From: Minisyncoccia bacterium
GTDB lineage: Bacteria; Patescibacteriota; Minisyncoccia; Phycocordibacterales; PALSA-1337
Assembly (NCBI GenBank): GCA_044228445.1
Contig: JBGAUV010000001.1
Coordinates: 15,827-79,826, forward strand
DNA length: 64,000 nt
Direction of reading: 5' to 3'
Shown here: positions 18,645 to 28,871 of the stretch, one piece after another
How positions within the stretch are numbered: position 1 is the first letter of the stretch
Layout: each line of letters starts with the position of its first letter
Notes under the pieces: model-generated
Database searches by the model: none
Told to the model about the DNA's origin: nothing
Seen by the model: the letters and a program-made list of their open reading frames with translations, nothing else
Program-made: the position numbers and the translations under genes

Positions 18645-21611
18645 TTATATACCGAATATTAGCTTGAAGGATTTAATTATTGAGGAATTAATTAATTCCA
18701 TATCATTATTTTCTATACCTAAAATATCAAATAGGGTCTTTTTATTTTCACTAGCAATTTTTGCTATATTAAATATGAATTGATTACTTTTTCCTTTTTC
18801 AGTTTCAATCGTAATTGGTATATCTTGTCCTACTGGATTATCGAAGATTACTAAATCTATTTCGATCTTATTTTGATCTTTTGTCTCTACATTTTTTAAT
18901 ACTCCATTTATACTAACTACATTTTTACCATTATTAAAGTTTATACCATTTATTATTAATTTATTTTTTTCTTGCACTATTGATAATATATATGGACTAA
19001 GTTCACCAACTATTACAAGAGGTTTGCCGATTTCTTGGTCTGATTTTTTTATTATATTTGAATAATTATTTTTTGAATCATACGCCCCCATTCCGCTAAA
19101 TGAGAAGCTGTACTGTCCTCTATATATACTTGTAGTTACCTCAGCATAAACATCAATTATTTTTTCTTCCCCTTTTTTCATAGCAAAGCCACTATTATTC
19201 TCCCCTTTGATTGGACCATAACCATAATAATTTTTACTCATACCCGGAACAAAATCTGGAACCAATCTAGTAGCAATTACATACAGATCCTTAACAACAA
19301 TATCTTCATACGCTTTTATTTTAACCTTAAAATCTAGTCTTATATTTTTCTCATTATTATTTCCATCGTATACAATCTTTGATGTAGAATTTGCAATATC
19401 TACAACTTCAGCAACACCAACAGTTTTATCTTTAAAATCACTTATTTCAAACTTATCACTAACTGAATTAATCTTTTTATTATCATTATTACTTACTCTA
19501 ATCTTATATATATCATTATCTATATTGTATGGAACTGCCCATCTAAATGTATGATTAGATATTTTTCCTGGATTTTCTACTACGGTATTTGATGATGTAA
19601 TTGTTTTTACTAAAGTTCTATTTCTAATATCATAAAGTTCAATTGACACATTACTAGAATTTCTTGATGACCATGTTATATCATAATTTTTAAACTTACT
19701 TATATCTCTATCAGAAAGCTGTACATCTTTTATAAGACTAACAGAGTTATCTACTATTTTACCTCTTGCATCATCTGACCCAGGAGTTGCAACAGTTGAA
19801 TTAACTAGACTAAGAATATTTGATTTATTTTCTTTTACTTTATATGAATTAAAACCATAACCAAAGTTTATCTTATCTATAACCGCATATACATTTCCAT
19901 TTATTGGTAATTCTTTTTGACTAGCCTCATCATAATATGTAGTGCCGGAATTAAATTCTGCACTGATAGTTATCGTTCTACCTTTTTTAAGTAAATAATA
20001 TGGTCCTGCATTTGGTTCAACCATATTTTGTATATCTGTAACAGTACCAATAGTTATAACTTTTCTACGTTCATCTATTATATTTTTATCATCAAAATAT
20101 AATTTAACAGTTAAGAAGCCATTTTTAGGTAAATTAATATCTTCTAGTGCTGTTAAGTTTATTTTAAAAGTCCCATGAATTTGAGGTGATTTCCAATTAG
20201 AATTATTGTATAAAATTATTTTTGGGTCATCTTTTATCTCTACAGATATATTTTTATCTTTTAGAATTATATTGCAGGAATTAAGAAATTTATTCATTTC
20301 AACATCTCTTTGAGTGTCTGAAGAATATATTGGTTTCATTTCAATCGGTATAAAGTTTTGTCCTAAAAAGTTTGCGAAATCCTTACTTAAATAATATTTT
20401 CTATACTCATTGAATGCTAGTTTCAAATATCTTTTCATATTTGTCTTATCCACATCAAATGGAAATTGATCTACCGCTAACTGCATTTTGTATAGATTAT
20501 TTATATCACCAAAAATCTCTCTGGTAGTATTATAGTATTGTTTTTTAATATTTGAATTGTTATTATCGTATGAATTTATCAAAACATCATCTATATAACT
20601 TGGTGAAATATATTTACAATCACTCATAGACATATCGAAACCATATGGTATTGCTTTCCATTTTTTAGTTGTTAAATCCATTCCATAATCTTCATTATGA
20701 AGCGTTGATCTATCTCCTATTTGCAAAAAATAGGTCAGTATTTTGTATTTAATCTGTGATTCAATATCCATATCAATATTTACAACTTTATTATTCTTTA
20801 CATCTTTATAACTTACAGTATATATGGAGTTTTTTTCGGTATAAGTTCCTACCCATTTATCAAATTTACCATCTTCAATTAAATTTTGATCGAGGTTAAA
20901 TTGTCTTGTAAAAGGAATTTGATCATCCTGTTCATTATCTCTTTGTAAAACAATATAGTTATATGTATTACCCTCATAACCTTTTGTTGGTGTCTTGATT
21001 TTTAAATTTGCAAAAGCTACAGGGTCAACACTTGGTACACCAAACAGTCTTAATATTTTATAAAATGAGTAGTCCATCAATTGAATATCAACTGTTTTAT
21101 TGAATCCAAAGTGATATTCATCATATAAAAAACCAGCAAAATCTAATAAATCACAATTAGAAACAAATCTCACCTTTTGATATTGCAATGTTTTATAACC
21201 TCCATATGTAGATAAACCACCGAACAATTCTTTAGGTTTGCCCTTACTATCAGTTTTATCAAAAGTGATATTAATCATAGGCGGCTGACAACTTGATCTA
21301 GCATGTCCCTTTTTTTCAAACTTTGTTTTCCATTTATTTATCTCTTTTCCTTTTGAATTGTATTCATATAACACAGAATCAGTATCTGTACTCCCGTCAG
21401 GGTTTACAATTTGTTCAACATCTTTATTTAATGTATCAAGAGTAAAGTTTCTAATTGGATACTTTATATCCTTATTAAGAGAACCGTCATTTATTTTGTT
21501 TTGTAAAAATAAATCATAACCATCTATTAAACCATCCTTATCCAAATCAACATTTTGAGCAAAAGAAATAATAGGAAAAATAAAAAACAAAACAAATAAG
21601 ATCTTTTTCAT
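18645..21611 (-). CDS. Very large (988 aa) secreted/surface protein with signal peptide and D-x-D-x-D-G calcium-binding-like motif near N-terminus
   Basis: MKKILFVLFFIFPIISFAQN signal peptide; DLDKDGLIDGYD motif; S/T/N-rich beta-type composition. Confidence 0.5.
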   Translation of the reverse strand: MKKILFVLFFIFPIISFAQNVDLDKDGLIDGYDLFLQNKINDGSLNKDIKYPIRNFTLDTLNKDVEQIVNPDGSTDTDSVLYEYNSKGKEINKWKTKFEKKGHARSSCQPPMINITFDKTDSKGKPKELFGGLSTYGGYKTLQYQKVRFVSNCDLLDFAGFLYDEYHFGFNKTVDIQLMDYSFYKILRLFGVPSVDPVAFANLKIKTPTKGYEGNTYNYIVLQRDNEQDDQIPFTRQFNLDQNLIEDGKFDKWVGTYTEKNSIYTVSYKDVKNNKVVNIDMDIESQIKYKILTYFLQIGDRSTLHNEDYGMDLTTKKWKAIPYGFDMSMSDCKYISPSYIDDVLINSYDNNNSNIKKQYYNTTREIFGDINNLYKMQLAVDQFPFDVDKTNMKRYLKLAFNEYRKYYLSKDFANFLGQNFIPIEMKPIYSSDTQRDVEMNKFLNSCNIILKDKNISVEIKDDPKIILYNNSNWKSPQIHGTFKINLTALEDINLPKNGFLTVKLYFDDKNIIDERRKVITIGTVTDIQNMVEPNAGPYYLLKKGRTITISAEFNSGTTYYDEASQKELPINGNVYAVIDKINFGYGFNSYKVKENKSNILSLVNSTVATPGSDDARGKIVDNSVSLIKDVQLSDRDISKFKNYDITWSSRNSSNVSIELYDIRNRTLVKTITSSNTVVENPGKISNHTFRWAVPYNIDNDIYKIRVSNNDNKKINSVSDKFEISDFKDKTVGVAEVVDIANSTSKIVYDGNNNEKNIRLDFKVKIKAYEDIVVKDLYVIATRLVPDFVPGMSKNYYGYGPIKGENNSGFAMKKGEEKIIDVYAEVTTSIYRGQYSFSFSGMGAYDSKNNYSNIIKKSDQEIGKPLVIVGELSPYILSIVQEKNKLIINGINFNNGKNVVSINGVLKNVETKDQNKIEIDLVIFDNPVGQDIPITIETEKGKSNQFIFNIAKIASENKKTLFDILGIENNDMELINSSIIKSFKLIFGI

Positions 21612-21657
21612 TTAAATATATTTATGAAATTTAATGATTATATTGTAACATGTTGTA

Positions 21658-22437
21658 ATGAAGAGATATTTCTTATTTATCCCCCATCTAATCATTTTGT
21701 TTATTATTTTGGTAATACTTGCCAATAGACTTGGTATTACAAATACAAAAGGAATTATCGATGAAACAAGTTCTTGTTATGAAAAAGGTGCATGTATAAA
21801 TACAGATTGGGAGAGGACTGAAGAATGGATCGTAGTAAAGAAAGCCTTGGTAAATGATTATGCGACTATAGCTAAAGTCTCAGAAATAACTAAAGTATCC
21901 CCAAAAATGATTATGGCAATAACCTCAGTAGAACAAATGCGTCTCTTTTTTGATGAAAGAGAAATATTTAAACTTGTATTTAAACCTTTAGGAAAACTCG
22001 GAATTCAAACGAATTTCTCTTGGGGAATAACTGGAATTAAAGAAAATACTGCGAGAAAAATTGAAAAAAACATAAAAGATAAGGATTCTATATTTTATCT
22101 AGGTAAAGATTTAGAAAATATACTAGATTTTCATACAAATAATATAGATAGCGAGAGATTTGATAGATTAACTGATAATAAAAGTAATTATTATTCGTAT
22201 TTATATACAGCTTTATTTATTAAACAAATTTATACTCAATGGGAAAAATCTGGATATAATATTAAAGATAAACCAGAGATACTTGGTACTTTATATAGTT
22301 TAGGATTTGAAAAATCTATTCCTAAGCTCAAACCCTTAGCAGGTGGATCAGTTATCAATATAAATGAAACTAAATATAGTTTCGGTGGACTTACCTATCA
22401 AATTTATAATAGTAAGAGTATTAATGAAATAAAATAA
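21658..22437 (+). CDS. N-terminally membrane-anchored hypothetical protein
   Basis: Single N-terminal TM (LFIPHLIILFIILVILA), soluble C-terminal domain, no recognised motif. Confidence 0.45.
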   Translation: MKRYFLFIPHLIILFIILVILANRLGITNTKGIIDETSSCYEKGACINTDWERTEEWIVVKKALVNDYATIAKVSEITKVSPKMIMAITSVEQMRLFFDEREIFKLVFKPLGKLGIQTNFSWGITGIKENTARKIEKNIKDKDSIFYLGKDLENILDFHTNNIDSERFDRLTDNKSNYYSYLYTALFIKQIYTQWEKSGYNIKDKPEILGTLYSLGFEKSIPKLKPLAGGSVININETKYSFGGLTYQIYNSKSINEIK

Positions 22438-22482
22438 AAACACCTACTTCAATCGGTGCTTTTATTTTAACTTTTTCAAATA

Positions 22483-23700
22483 TTATTTGAATATACCGAA
22501 TAGCAATTTCATAGAATCAATGACTGAACCGGTTAATAATGAAACGAAGCTGCCATTTTTTATATTAGAATTATCAACTTGTTCGACTAAAACTGTAGGT
22601 GTATACAATTTTTCCAAACCATTTGTAATTGAATATATTTCATTTATACCTCCAATATCAGTTAGAGATATTTTATTAATAGATATATTTCTATTGGCTC
22701 TTATTCCATCATTCTTCTTTATTATTCCATTTGTTGTAAACTTTCTATAACTTCCACTAGGAATTACAAATAATTCTGAACTATCTCCTGTTAGTGATGA
22801 TGGAATAGAATTTGTTGAAGAGAAAGTATAACTAGTACCAGGAGTAATATTTACACCAAAAGACTTACGTCCATTTTTACTTATATATACATCCTTATTA
22901 CTAATATTGTTTATTGTAAAATTAAAACTAAAACTTGCTGAGTCTGGAGACAAAGTACCGTTATCTACTGTTTGAATATTTGAACTCGCATCAGTTACAT
23001 AAGGTGTAGTTGATGATGCTAGAGTTATTGTTCCTGTAACAATAGATGAACTGGCTTCAACAGGAACTTGTCTATTCAAGCTATCAAAAGCCATTATAGA
23101 ATCATTACTTGGTGTAAGTCTCAAATATAGTTTTGTTCCATCTGGTACCCCAGGCTTTATATGTCCGTAAACAGAAACCTGTACAAAACTATCAATCGGT
23201 AAAGATTTATTCATATCAACTGACATGTGTAGTTGAGTTGTTGTAGTAGAATAATTATCAATTATTATGTCACTTAAAACTTCATTTGCTAGTTTTCCTC
23301 CTGAAGTTATGATATCAAACTTCAAATTTCTTAATGTAGAAGAAGTATTTTTTGATTTTATTTCAAAAATACCTAGATTTATTTGAGAACCAGGATTATA
23401 CAATACAGTTCTCGTCATAGGTGAAGCGGGAGATAATCTTGAATTAATTATTTTTGTCGAAGTACCAGTAATAACTGTACATGTATATCCTAGAGGACAA
23501 CCTACCGGCTGAATTGGTAATGGAGTACAAATATAGTTTATGGGACAGATAGGATTTGTTTGTGCTTTTACATCCTTATATCCAAATACTAAACCTAATA
23601 AAAATATTAGAAATAAAACAAATATTTTATGGGACTTTATATTCATAAATAAAAAAATTAATATTACAAAATAAATTATAGCACAATACACACATATCAT
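22483..23700 (-). CDS. Secreted protein with duplicated N-terminal CPxGYxC cysteine motif (paralogue of next gene)
   Basis: N-terminal TM/signal then CPINYICTPLPIQPVGCPLGYTC; S/T-rich remainder. Confidence 0.5.
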   Translation of the reverse strand: MICVYCAIIYFVILIFLFMNIKSHKIFVLFLIFLLGLVFGYKDVKAQTNPICPINYICTPLPIQPVGCPLGYTCTVITGTSTKIINSRLSPASPMTRTVLYNPGSQINLGIFEIKSKNTSSTLRNLKFDIITSGGKLANEVLSDIIIDNYSTTTTQLHMSVDMNKSLPIDSFVQVSVYGHIKPGVPDGTKLYLRLTPSNDSIMAFDSLNRQVPVEASSSIVTGTITLASSTTPYVTDASSNIQTVDNGTLSPDSASFSFNFTINNISNKDVYISKNGRKSFGVNITPGTSYTFSSTNSIPSSLTGDSSELFVIPSGSYRKFTTNGIIKKNDGIRANRNISINKISLTDIGGINEIYSITNGLEKLYTPTVLVEQVDNSNIKNGSFVSLLTGSVIDSMKLLFGIFK

Positions 23701-23739
23701 ATGTGTGTATTGTTGATATTAATTAAATTATTTATTTAA

Positions 23740-25161
23740 TTACATTATTAATGAAGCCAAAGTTATGACAGAGTCAAAAACTGAAGCAACATAATGCCAA
23801 CCATTATTTTTTGTTACTGGGGCGGATTGTGAAATTACATTAAACTTCACTGTATAAACATCATCTCCCCACCAAATAACATCATAATATCCAGTCTTTG
23901 CATCATTTGGAACTGTGAATGTTATAACTTCATTGTTTGAATTTGTATAATTTACAAAACCATAACTTCCGAAGTTAAAATCTCCTAGAGTTACTGGTGA
24001 CTTTTTTGGATTGTTCAAAGTCAAAGTAACTTTTGTTCCTGGAGCACCTGATGCAGGATAAATTGATTTTATTCCTGGGGCAACAACTACCGCTGGTTGT
24101 ACACTTGCATTGGTTACTGATCCTTGTGTATTGTTTTGAATATTAGATTCATTTAATACTGTTGGAGCTATAACTTTGAATGTTGGAGAGAATACTCTTA
24201 CATTTCCTATTTCAACACCGATTCTTAAATCAGTATTTGTAAGCATATAATCTTCTACTTTCCAATCATATGATCTCTTTGTAGGATCAATATAACCTGT
24301 TCTTAGTGCTCCATATATATTTGGATTAGATGGAGACTGGAATATCAAAGTGAATCTAGCACTTTCAGGAACACCTGAAGCATTCCAATATATTGTATAT
24401 GTCTCCCCTTTTGTAACTGAAGTATTTTCAGTTACTTGAACTCCTGATGTTTTATTTACTATTTTTACATCAGTTATATTTGCATTCGCATAATATAATG
24501 TTTTTTCTGCTACGGGTGGAGTTGGTGGTAACTTTGGTCCAACATTTGCATTTGCACCTGCTGGTACTCCAAGTGGCTTAATATTACCGATACCATTATT
24601 ACATCCATACAATTTATTTAATCTAGCGCGTGTCATAGGCCCAACAAAACCTGTTGTAGGAATTCCATTTTGTCTTTGGAATTTTTTTACAGCATCTTTT
24701 GTTGATATTCCAAACACTGGATTCTTCAATTCTCTCTCACTATTATTTATATCTATATTTTCTTTATCTTCCAAAAGAGTTTGTAGATTAAATAGTGCAA
24801 TACCAGAATCTTTTTCTATTGGTACACCTATGTCCATATTTCTAGGGTCAAGATCAAAGTTAAATGTATAACAATACTTTGGATCTAGTTTTGTTACACT
24901 ACTCTTAACTTCTTCTTTACCACTTGTTGTATCCTCAATTTTAAATGAAGGATTAACAGTTCTTGTTTCTATCTTTGAACATATATAGCCCGCAGGACAA
25001 CCAACTGGTTGTTCAACTATAGGTCTACATGTATATCCTGCTGGACAAGCAATAGCATTTGTATTTGTTTCTGCAAATACTTCCTTTACTTGTGGCAATG
25101 AATAAGCAGCCACTGTAAGAATGGCTACTGCAAGAATATGTTTTTGATGTTGATTTAACAT
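23740..25161 (-). CDS. Secreted protein with duplicated CPxGYxC motif and a putative peptidoglycan-binding (PG_binding_1-like) segment
   Basis: CPAGYTCRPIVEQPVGCPAGYICS after signal peptide; KDAVKKFQRQNGIPTTGFVGPMTRARL resembles PG_binding_1. Confidence 0.5.
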   Translation of the reverse strand: MLNQHQKHILAVAILTVAAYSLPQVKEVFAETNTNAIACPAGYTCRPIVEQPVGCPAGYICSKIETRTVNPSFKIEDTTSGKEEVKSSVTKLDPKYCYTFNFDLDPRNMDIGVPIEKDSGIALFNLQTLLEDKENIDINNSERELKNPVFGISTKDAVKKFQRQNGIPTTGFVGPMTRARLNKLYGCNNGIGNIKPLGVPAGANANVGPKLPPTPPVAEKTLYYANANITDVKIVNKTSGVQVTENTSVTKGETYTIYWNASGVPESARFTLIFQSPSNPNIYGALRTGYIDPTKRSYDWKVEDYMLTNTDLRIGVEIGNVRVFSPTFKVIAPTVLNESNIQNNTQGSVTNASVQPAVVVAPGIKSIYPASGAPGTKVTLTLNNPKKSPVTLGDFNFGSYGFVNYTNSNNEVITFTVPNDAKTGYYDVIWWGDDVYTVKFNVISQSAPVTKNNGWHYVASVFDSVITLASLIM

Positions 25162-25380
25162 AGTTTGTTAATAATTTTAATAATCGCACAATATTTACGA
25201 ACCTAATTTCAAACCTACTTTTAAAAGTTATTTGATATATGATCAAATATTCAAGTAGTTTATAAAAAGAAAAATCGAGCCAGTTTCCTGTGCCCGTTTT
25301 CGAGTAGTGTCTCTTGCTTATAAGAATACTACTTAATATTTTTCTTTGCAATTGTAGTTATCCACAATTGCTATTTTATA

Positions 25381-27525
25381 TTATTTTCTAGCTTCTGCTA
25401 TTTCCTTTTCAATATTTGGTGGAACTACTTCATAGTGATCGAATTCCATTGTTGAGCTTCCTTGTCCTGAAGTCATAGAACGAAGCTGAGTAGTGTAACC
25501 GAACATTTCTGATAGAGGAACCTTGGCATGAAGTACCTTTGCTTGGCCTCTTTCTGTCATTTCTTCAATAGTACCTCGCTTTGACGAGATAGAACCTGTT
25601 ATATCACCCATATACTTTTCTGGGAATAGAACCTCTACCTTCATGATAGGCTCTAGTATAACTGGTCTTGCTCTTCTAGCAGCTTCTTGGAAAGCTTGTG
25701 AACCTGCTATCTTGTAAGCAATTTCTGATGAGTCAACATCGTGGTATGAACCGAATGTAAGTTCACAACTTACATTTACCATTTTGTATCCCGCAACAAT
25801 ACCTCTATCCATAGCTTCATGTACTCCCTTTTCAACTGCTGGAATAAATTCTTGTGGAATTACTCCTCCTTTAATTGAATCAATGAATTCAAAGTCATCA
25901 TAACGGCTAACATTTTTTGGAATCTTAGCTCCTGGTTCAATAGGCTTCATTGGAGATATTGTAATCTTCACGTGACCGTATTGTCCTTTACCTCCAGACT
26001 GCTTGATGTATTTATGTTCAGCTTCAGCAGTTCCAAGAATTGTTTCTCTGTATGCTACTTGTGGTTTACCAACATTTGCTTCAACACCGAATTCTCTCTT
26101 CATACGATCAACCATAATTTCAAGATGTAGTTCTCCCATACCTGCAATTAGTGTTTCTCCTGTTTCTGGGTTTGAACTTACTTTGAATGTTGGATCTTCA
26201 TTTGTAAGTTTACGAAGTGCCATACCCATTTTTTCTTGATCAGCTTTTGTCTTTGGTTCAATACGAAGTGATACCACAGGTTCTACGAATTTTATTGCTT
26301 CAAGAACAATTGGATTATTTTCATCACAGAATGTATGTGAAGTAAGTGCATCTTTTAATCCTACAGCAGCTGCAATTTCTCCTGCGAAAACTTTTTTAAC
26401 TTCTTCTCTCTTATCAGCTTGTAGACGAACAATACGTCCTAGTCTTTCTTTCTTTCCAGTTGTTGAGTTATATATATATGTACCTGCTTCTATTGTTCCA
26501 GAATAAACTCTAAAGAAAGTAAGTTGTCCTACGAATGGATCGTTTTGAAGTTTGAATGCTAGAGCTGCAAAAGGTTCTTCATCACTTGGTTTTCTTTCTA
26601 TTATTTCACCTGTATTTGGATTTGTACCTTTTACAGACTTTAGATCTGTAGGCGCTGGTAAATAATCAACAACAGCGTCAAGTACTAGTTGAACTCCAAC
26701 ATTTTTTAGAGCAGAACCTGTAAACACTGGGAATATTTTATTTTCAATTACCAGTTTTCTTATTTCAGCTTTTAGAACATCGACTGGAATTTCTTTTCCA
26801 TCCAAATACTGTTGCATAAGAGTATCATTATGTTCAACTGATTTTTCTATAAGTTCAGCATGATATTTTTTTGCATCGGCAAGATAAGCTTCTGGAATTT
26901 CTTTTTCTATAACATTAATTCCCTTTTCACCGTCAAAATAATAAGCCTTCATCTTTAATAGATCGATAACACCATTGTGTTCTCCTTCTGTACCTATTGG
27001 AATTTGGAATCTTACTGCTTTTTTATTTAGTCTTTCAAGGATAGATGCATATGATCTTTCAAATGATGCACCCATTCTATCCATCTTATTTATAAAACAT
27101 AGACGAGGCACATTACTTTCATCTGCATATCTCCAGTTTGTTTCTGATTGAGGTTCTACCCCTGCTACTCCATCAAAAACCACAACAGCACCGTCAAGAA
27201 CACGAAGAGATCTTTTTACTTCTACTGTAAAGTCAATGTGACCTGGTGTATCGATAACATTGAAACGAACCTTTTTTGAAGTATCTGTCTTTGGCATATA
27301 TGAAGGATTCCAAAAACATGTAATAGCAGCTGCGGTAATAGTAATACCTCTTTCTCTTTCCTGTTCCATCCAGTCAGTTGTAGTTGCACCATCGTGAACT
27401 TCACCAATCTTATGGATCATACCTGTATAATAAAGAATACGTTCTGATGTAGTAGTTTTACCAGCATCAATATGGGCTATAATTCCAAAATTTCTAACTT
27501 TTTCTAGTGGGTAATCGCGATTCAT
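25381..27525 (-). CDS. fusA: Elongation factor G
   Basis: AHIDAGKTT, DTPGHIDF, NKMD motifs; 714 aa. Confidence 0.95.
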   Translation of the reverse strand: MNRDYPLEKVRNFGIIAHIDAGKTTTSERILYYTGMIHKIGEVHDGATTTDWMEQERERGITITAAAITCFWNPSYMPKTDTSKKVRFNVIDTPGHIDFTVEVKRSLRVLDGAVVVFDGVAGVEPQSETNWRYADESNVPRLCFINKMDRMGASFERSYASILERLNKKAVRFQIPIGTEGEHNGVIDLLKMKAYYFDGEKGINVIEKEIPEAYLADAKKYHAELIEKSVEHNDTLMQQYLDGKEIPVDVLKAEIRKLVIENKIFPVFTGSALKNVGVQLVLDAVVDYLPAPTDLKSVKGTNPNTGEIIERKPSDEEPFAALAFKLQNDPFVGQLTFFRVYSGTIEAGTYIYNSTTGKKERLGRIVRLQADKREEVKKVFAGEIAAAVGLKDALTSHTFCDENNPIVLEAIKFVEPVVSLRIEPKTKADQEKMGMALRKLTNEDPTFKVSSNPETGETLIAGMGELHLEIMVDRMKREFGVEANVGKPQVAYRETILGTAEAEHKYIKQSGGKGQYGHVKITISPMKPIEPGAKIPKNVSRYDDFEFIDSIKGGVIPQEFIPAVEKGVHEAMDRGIVAGYKMVNVSCELTFGSYHDVDSSEIAYKIAGSQAFQEAARRARPVILEPIMKVEVLFPEKYMGDITGSISSKRGTIEEMTERGQAKVLHAKVPLSEMFGYTTQLRSMTSGQGSSTMEFDHYEVVPPNIEKEIAEARK

Positions 27526-27597
27526 AAATTAAAATTAATTTAAATAAATAAGTAGATTAAAGTTTAACACAATACAATACTAACCAAGAATACAAAC

Positions 27598-28068
27598 TTA
27601 CCAAGCAAAGTGAGCAAAGGCTTTGTTTGCTTCTGCCATCTTATGAGTATTTTCACGCTTCTTAACTGCTTCACCTTCATTCTTTGAAGCTAAGAATATT
27701 TCTTCAGCTAGTTTTTCTGATATTGGCTTTCCTTTTTTACTTCTAGCAGCTTCTACTATCCATTTCATTGATAGAGCTTGGCGTCTCTCTGGACGTACTT
27801 CACGAGGAACTTGATAGTTCGCACCTCCAACTCTACGAGAACGTACTTCCATAGCTGGCGCAGTGTTCTTTAGTGCTGTTTCAAAAACCTCAATAGGGTT
27901 TTCTACTTTTGCTTTTTCTTTTAGTATTTCAAAGCAATCATAAACAGCTTTTCTTGCTACTGTCTTTTTTCCCTCTTCCATTACATAGTTTATAAATTTT
28001 GAAACCTTTACTGAATCATAAACAGCTTCAGGCTTTATAACATGCTTATTACGTATTTTTCTTCTCAT
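27598..28068 (-). CDS. rpsG: 30S ribosomal protein S7
   Basis: 156 aa; S7 signature including C-terminal ...AHFAW. Confidence 0.9.
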   Translation of the reverse strand: MRRKIRNKHVIKPEAVYDSVKVSKFINYVMEEGKKTVARKAVYDCFEILKEKAKVENPIEVFETALKNTAPAMEVRSRRVGGANYQVPREVRPERRQALSMKWIVEAARSKKGKPISEKLAEEIFLASKNEGEAVKKRENTHKMAEANKAFAHFAW

Positions 28069-28097
28069 TTTAGTTTTTATTTTCTAAATATAATAGA

Positions 28098-28517
28098 TTA
28101 AACCTTAGCAGCCTTTGGCTTTTTATTTCCGTACTGGCTTCTACCCTTTCTTCTCTTTTCTACTCCTCCTGCATCTAGAACACCACGAACTACTGAATAT
28201 CTAAGACCTACGTCCTTTACACGACCTCCTCTTAATAGAACAACTGAGTGTTCTTGCAGATTATGTCCTTCCCCTGGAATATATGCAGTTACTTCCATAC
28301 CATTACTTAGTCTTACTCTAGCAATCTTTCTAATAGCTGAGTTAGGCTTTTTTGGAGTCTTTGTTGTAACTTTTATACATACACCTCTTTTAAATGGAGA
28401 TGGGAAAAAGTTTGGACGATTTTTAATTGTATTAAAGCTCTTTGTTAGAGCAATAGACTTTGACTTACGCACAAAAGTCTTTCTTCTTCTCTTAATAAGT
28501 TGATTTATTGTTGGCAT
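28098..28517 (-). CDS. rpsL: 30S ribosomal protein S12
   Basis: MPTINQLI..R..., PKKPNSA.RK S12 signature. Confidence 0.9.
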   Translation of the reverse strand: MPTINQLIKRRRKTFVRKSKSIALTKSFNTIKNRPNFFPSPFKRGVCIKVTTKTPKKPNSAIRKIARVRLSNGMEVTAYIPGEGHNLQEHSVVLLRGGRVKDVGLRYSVVRGVLDAGGVEKRRKGRSQYGNKKPKAAKV

Positions 28518-28656
28518 TATTTATTTATTTCACCATAAAAGTGTACGCTTCACCGGCATATATATAGTATATAGACCGTGTTACTCACTTTTATGTTCTA
28601 TTAATGTACGTCTTTAAACGTGGGAATACTCTAACATATAGGTATATAAAAGAAAC

Positions 28657-28819
28657 GCGGCGGGGCCCCCGTGCCCCGCCGCTGCACCTTATTGAATCGA
28701 GCGCAATAAGATGCTCTGTCTAGGAACACAGGTATGAGCCGTTCCTGTGTCGGGTGAGGGTCTATGGACCTCACCCAATTCTTGCCTACACCACTGACTC
28801 GTGACCAATGTGTCGGCAA
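28657..28819. ncRNA. GC-rich array of 4-5 perfect hairpins; putative structured RNA, or 5' leader element of the str operon if minus-strand
   Basis: gcggcggggc-ccccgt-gccccgccgc, cttattg..caataag, acacagg..cctgtgt, gggtgagg..cctcaccc, ttgcc..ggcaa; >60% GC in ~30% GC context; the 64-aa ORF here is implausible. Confidence 0.35.
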
Positions 28820-28843
28820 ATTCAAAATCTTTTAATAATATAC

Positions 28844-28862
28844 GCCTTTTTTAAAAAAAGGC
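28844..28862. terminator. Perfect palindrome gcctttttt/aaaaaaggc, a bidirectional terminator-like hairpin after the M50 protease gene
   Basis: Read directly; U-run on both strands. Confidence 0.4.
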
Positions 28863-28871
28863 AAGTATATA

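Noticed and set aside
25025-25351. 108-aa minus-strand ORF overlapping the start of the 473-aa island gene
   Set aside because: Its frame overlaps a better-supported gene start and the intergenic region. It has no independent support.
28631-28825. 64-aa ORF on the minus strand
   Set aside because: It coincides exactly with a GC-rich hairpin array. It has no RBS and an implausible composition.
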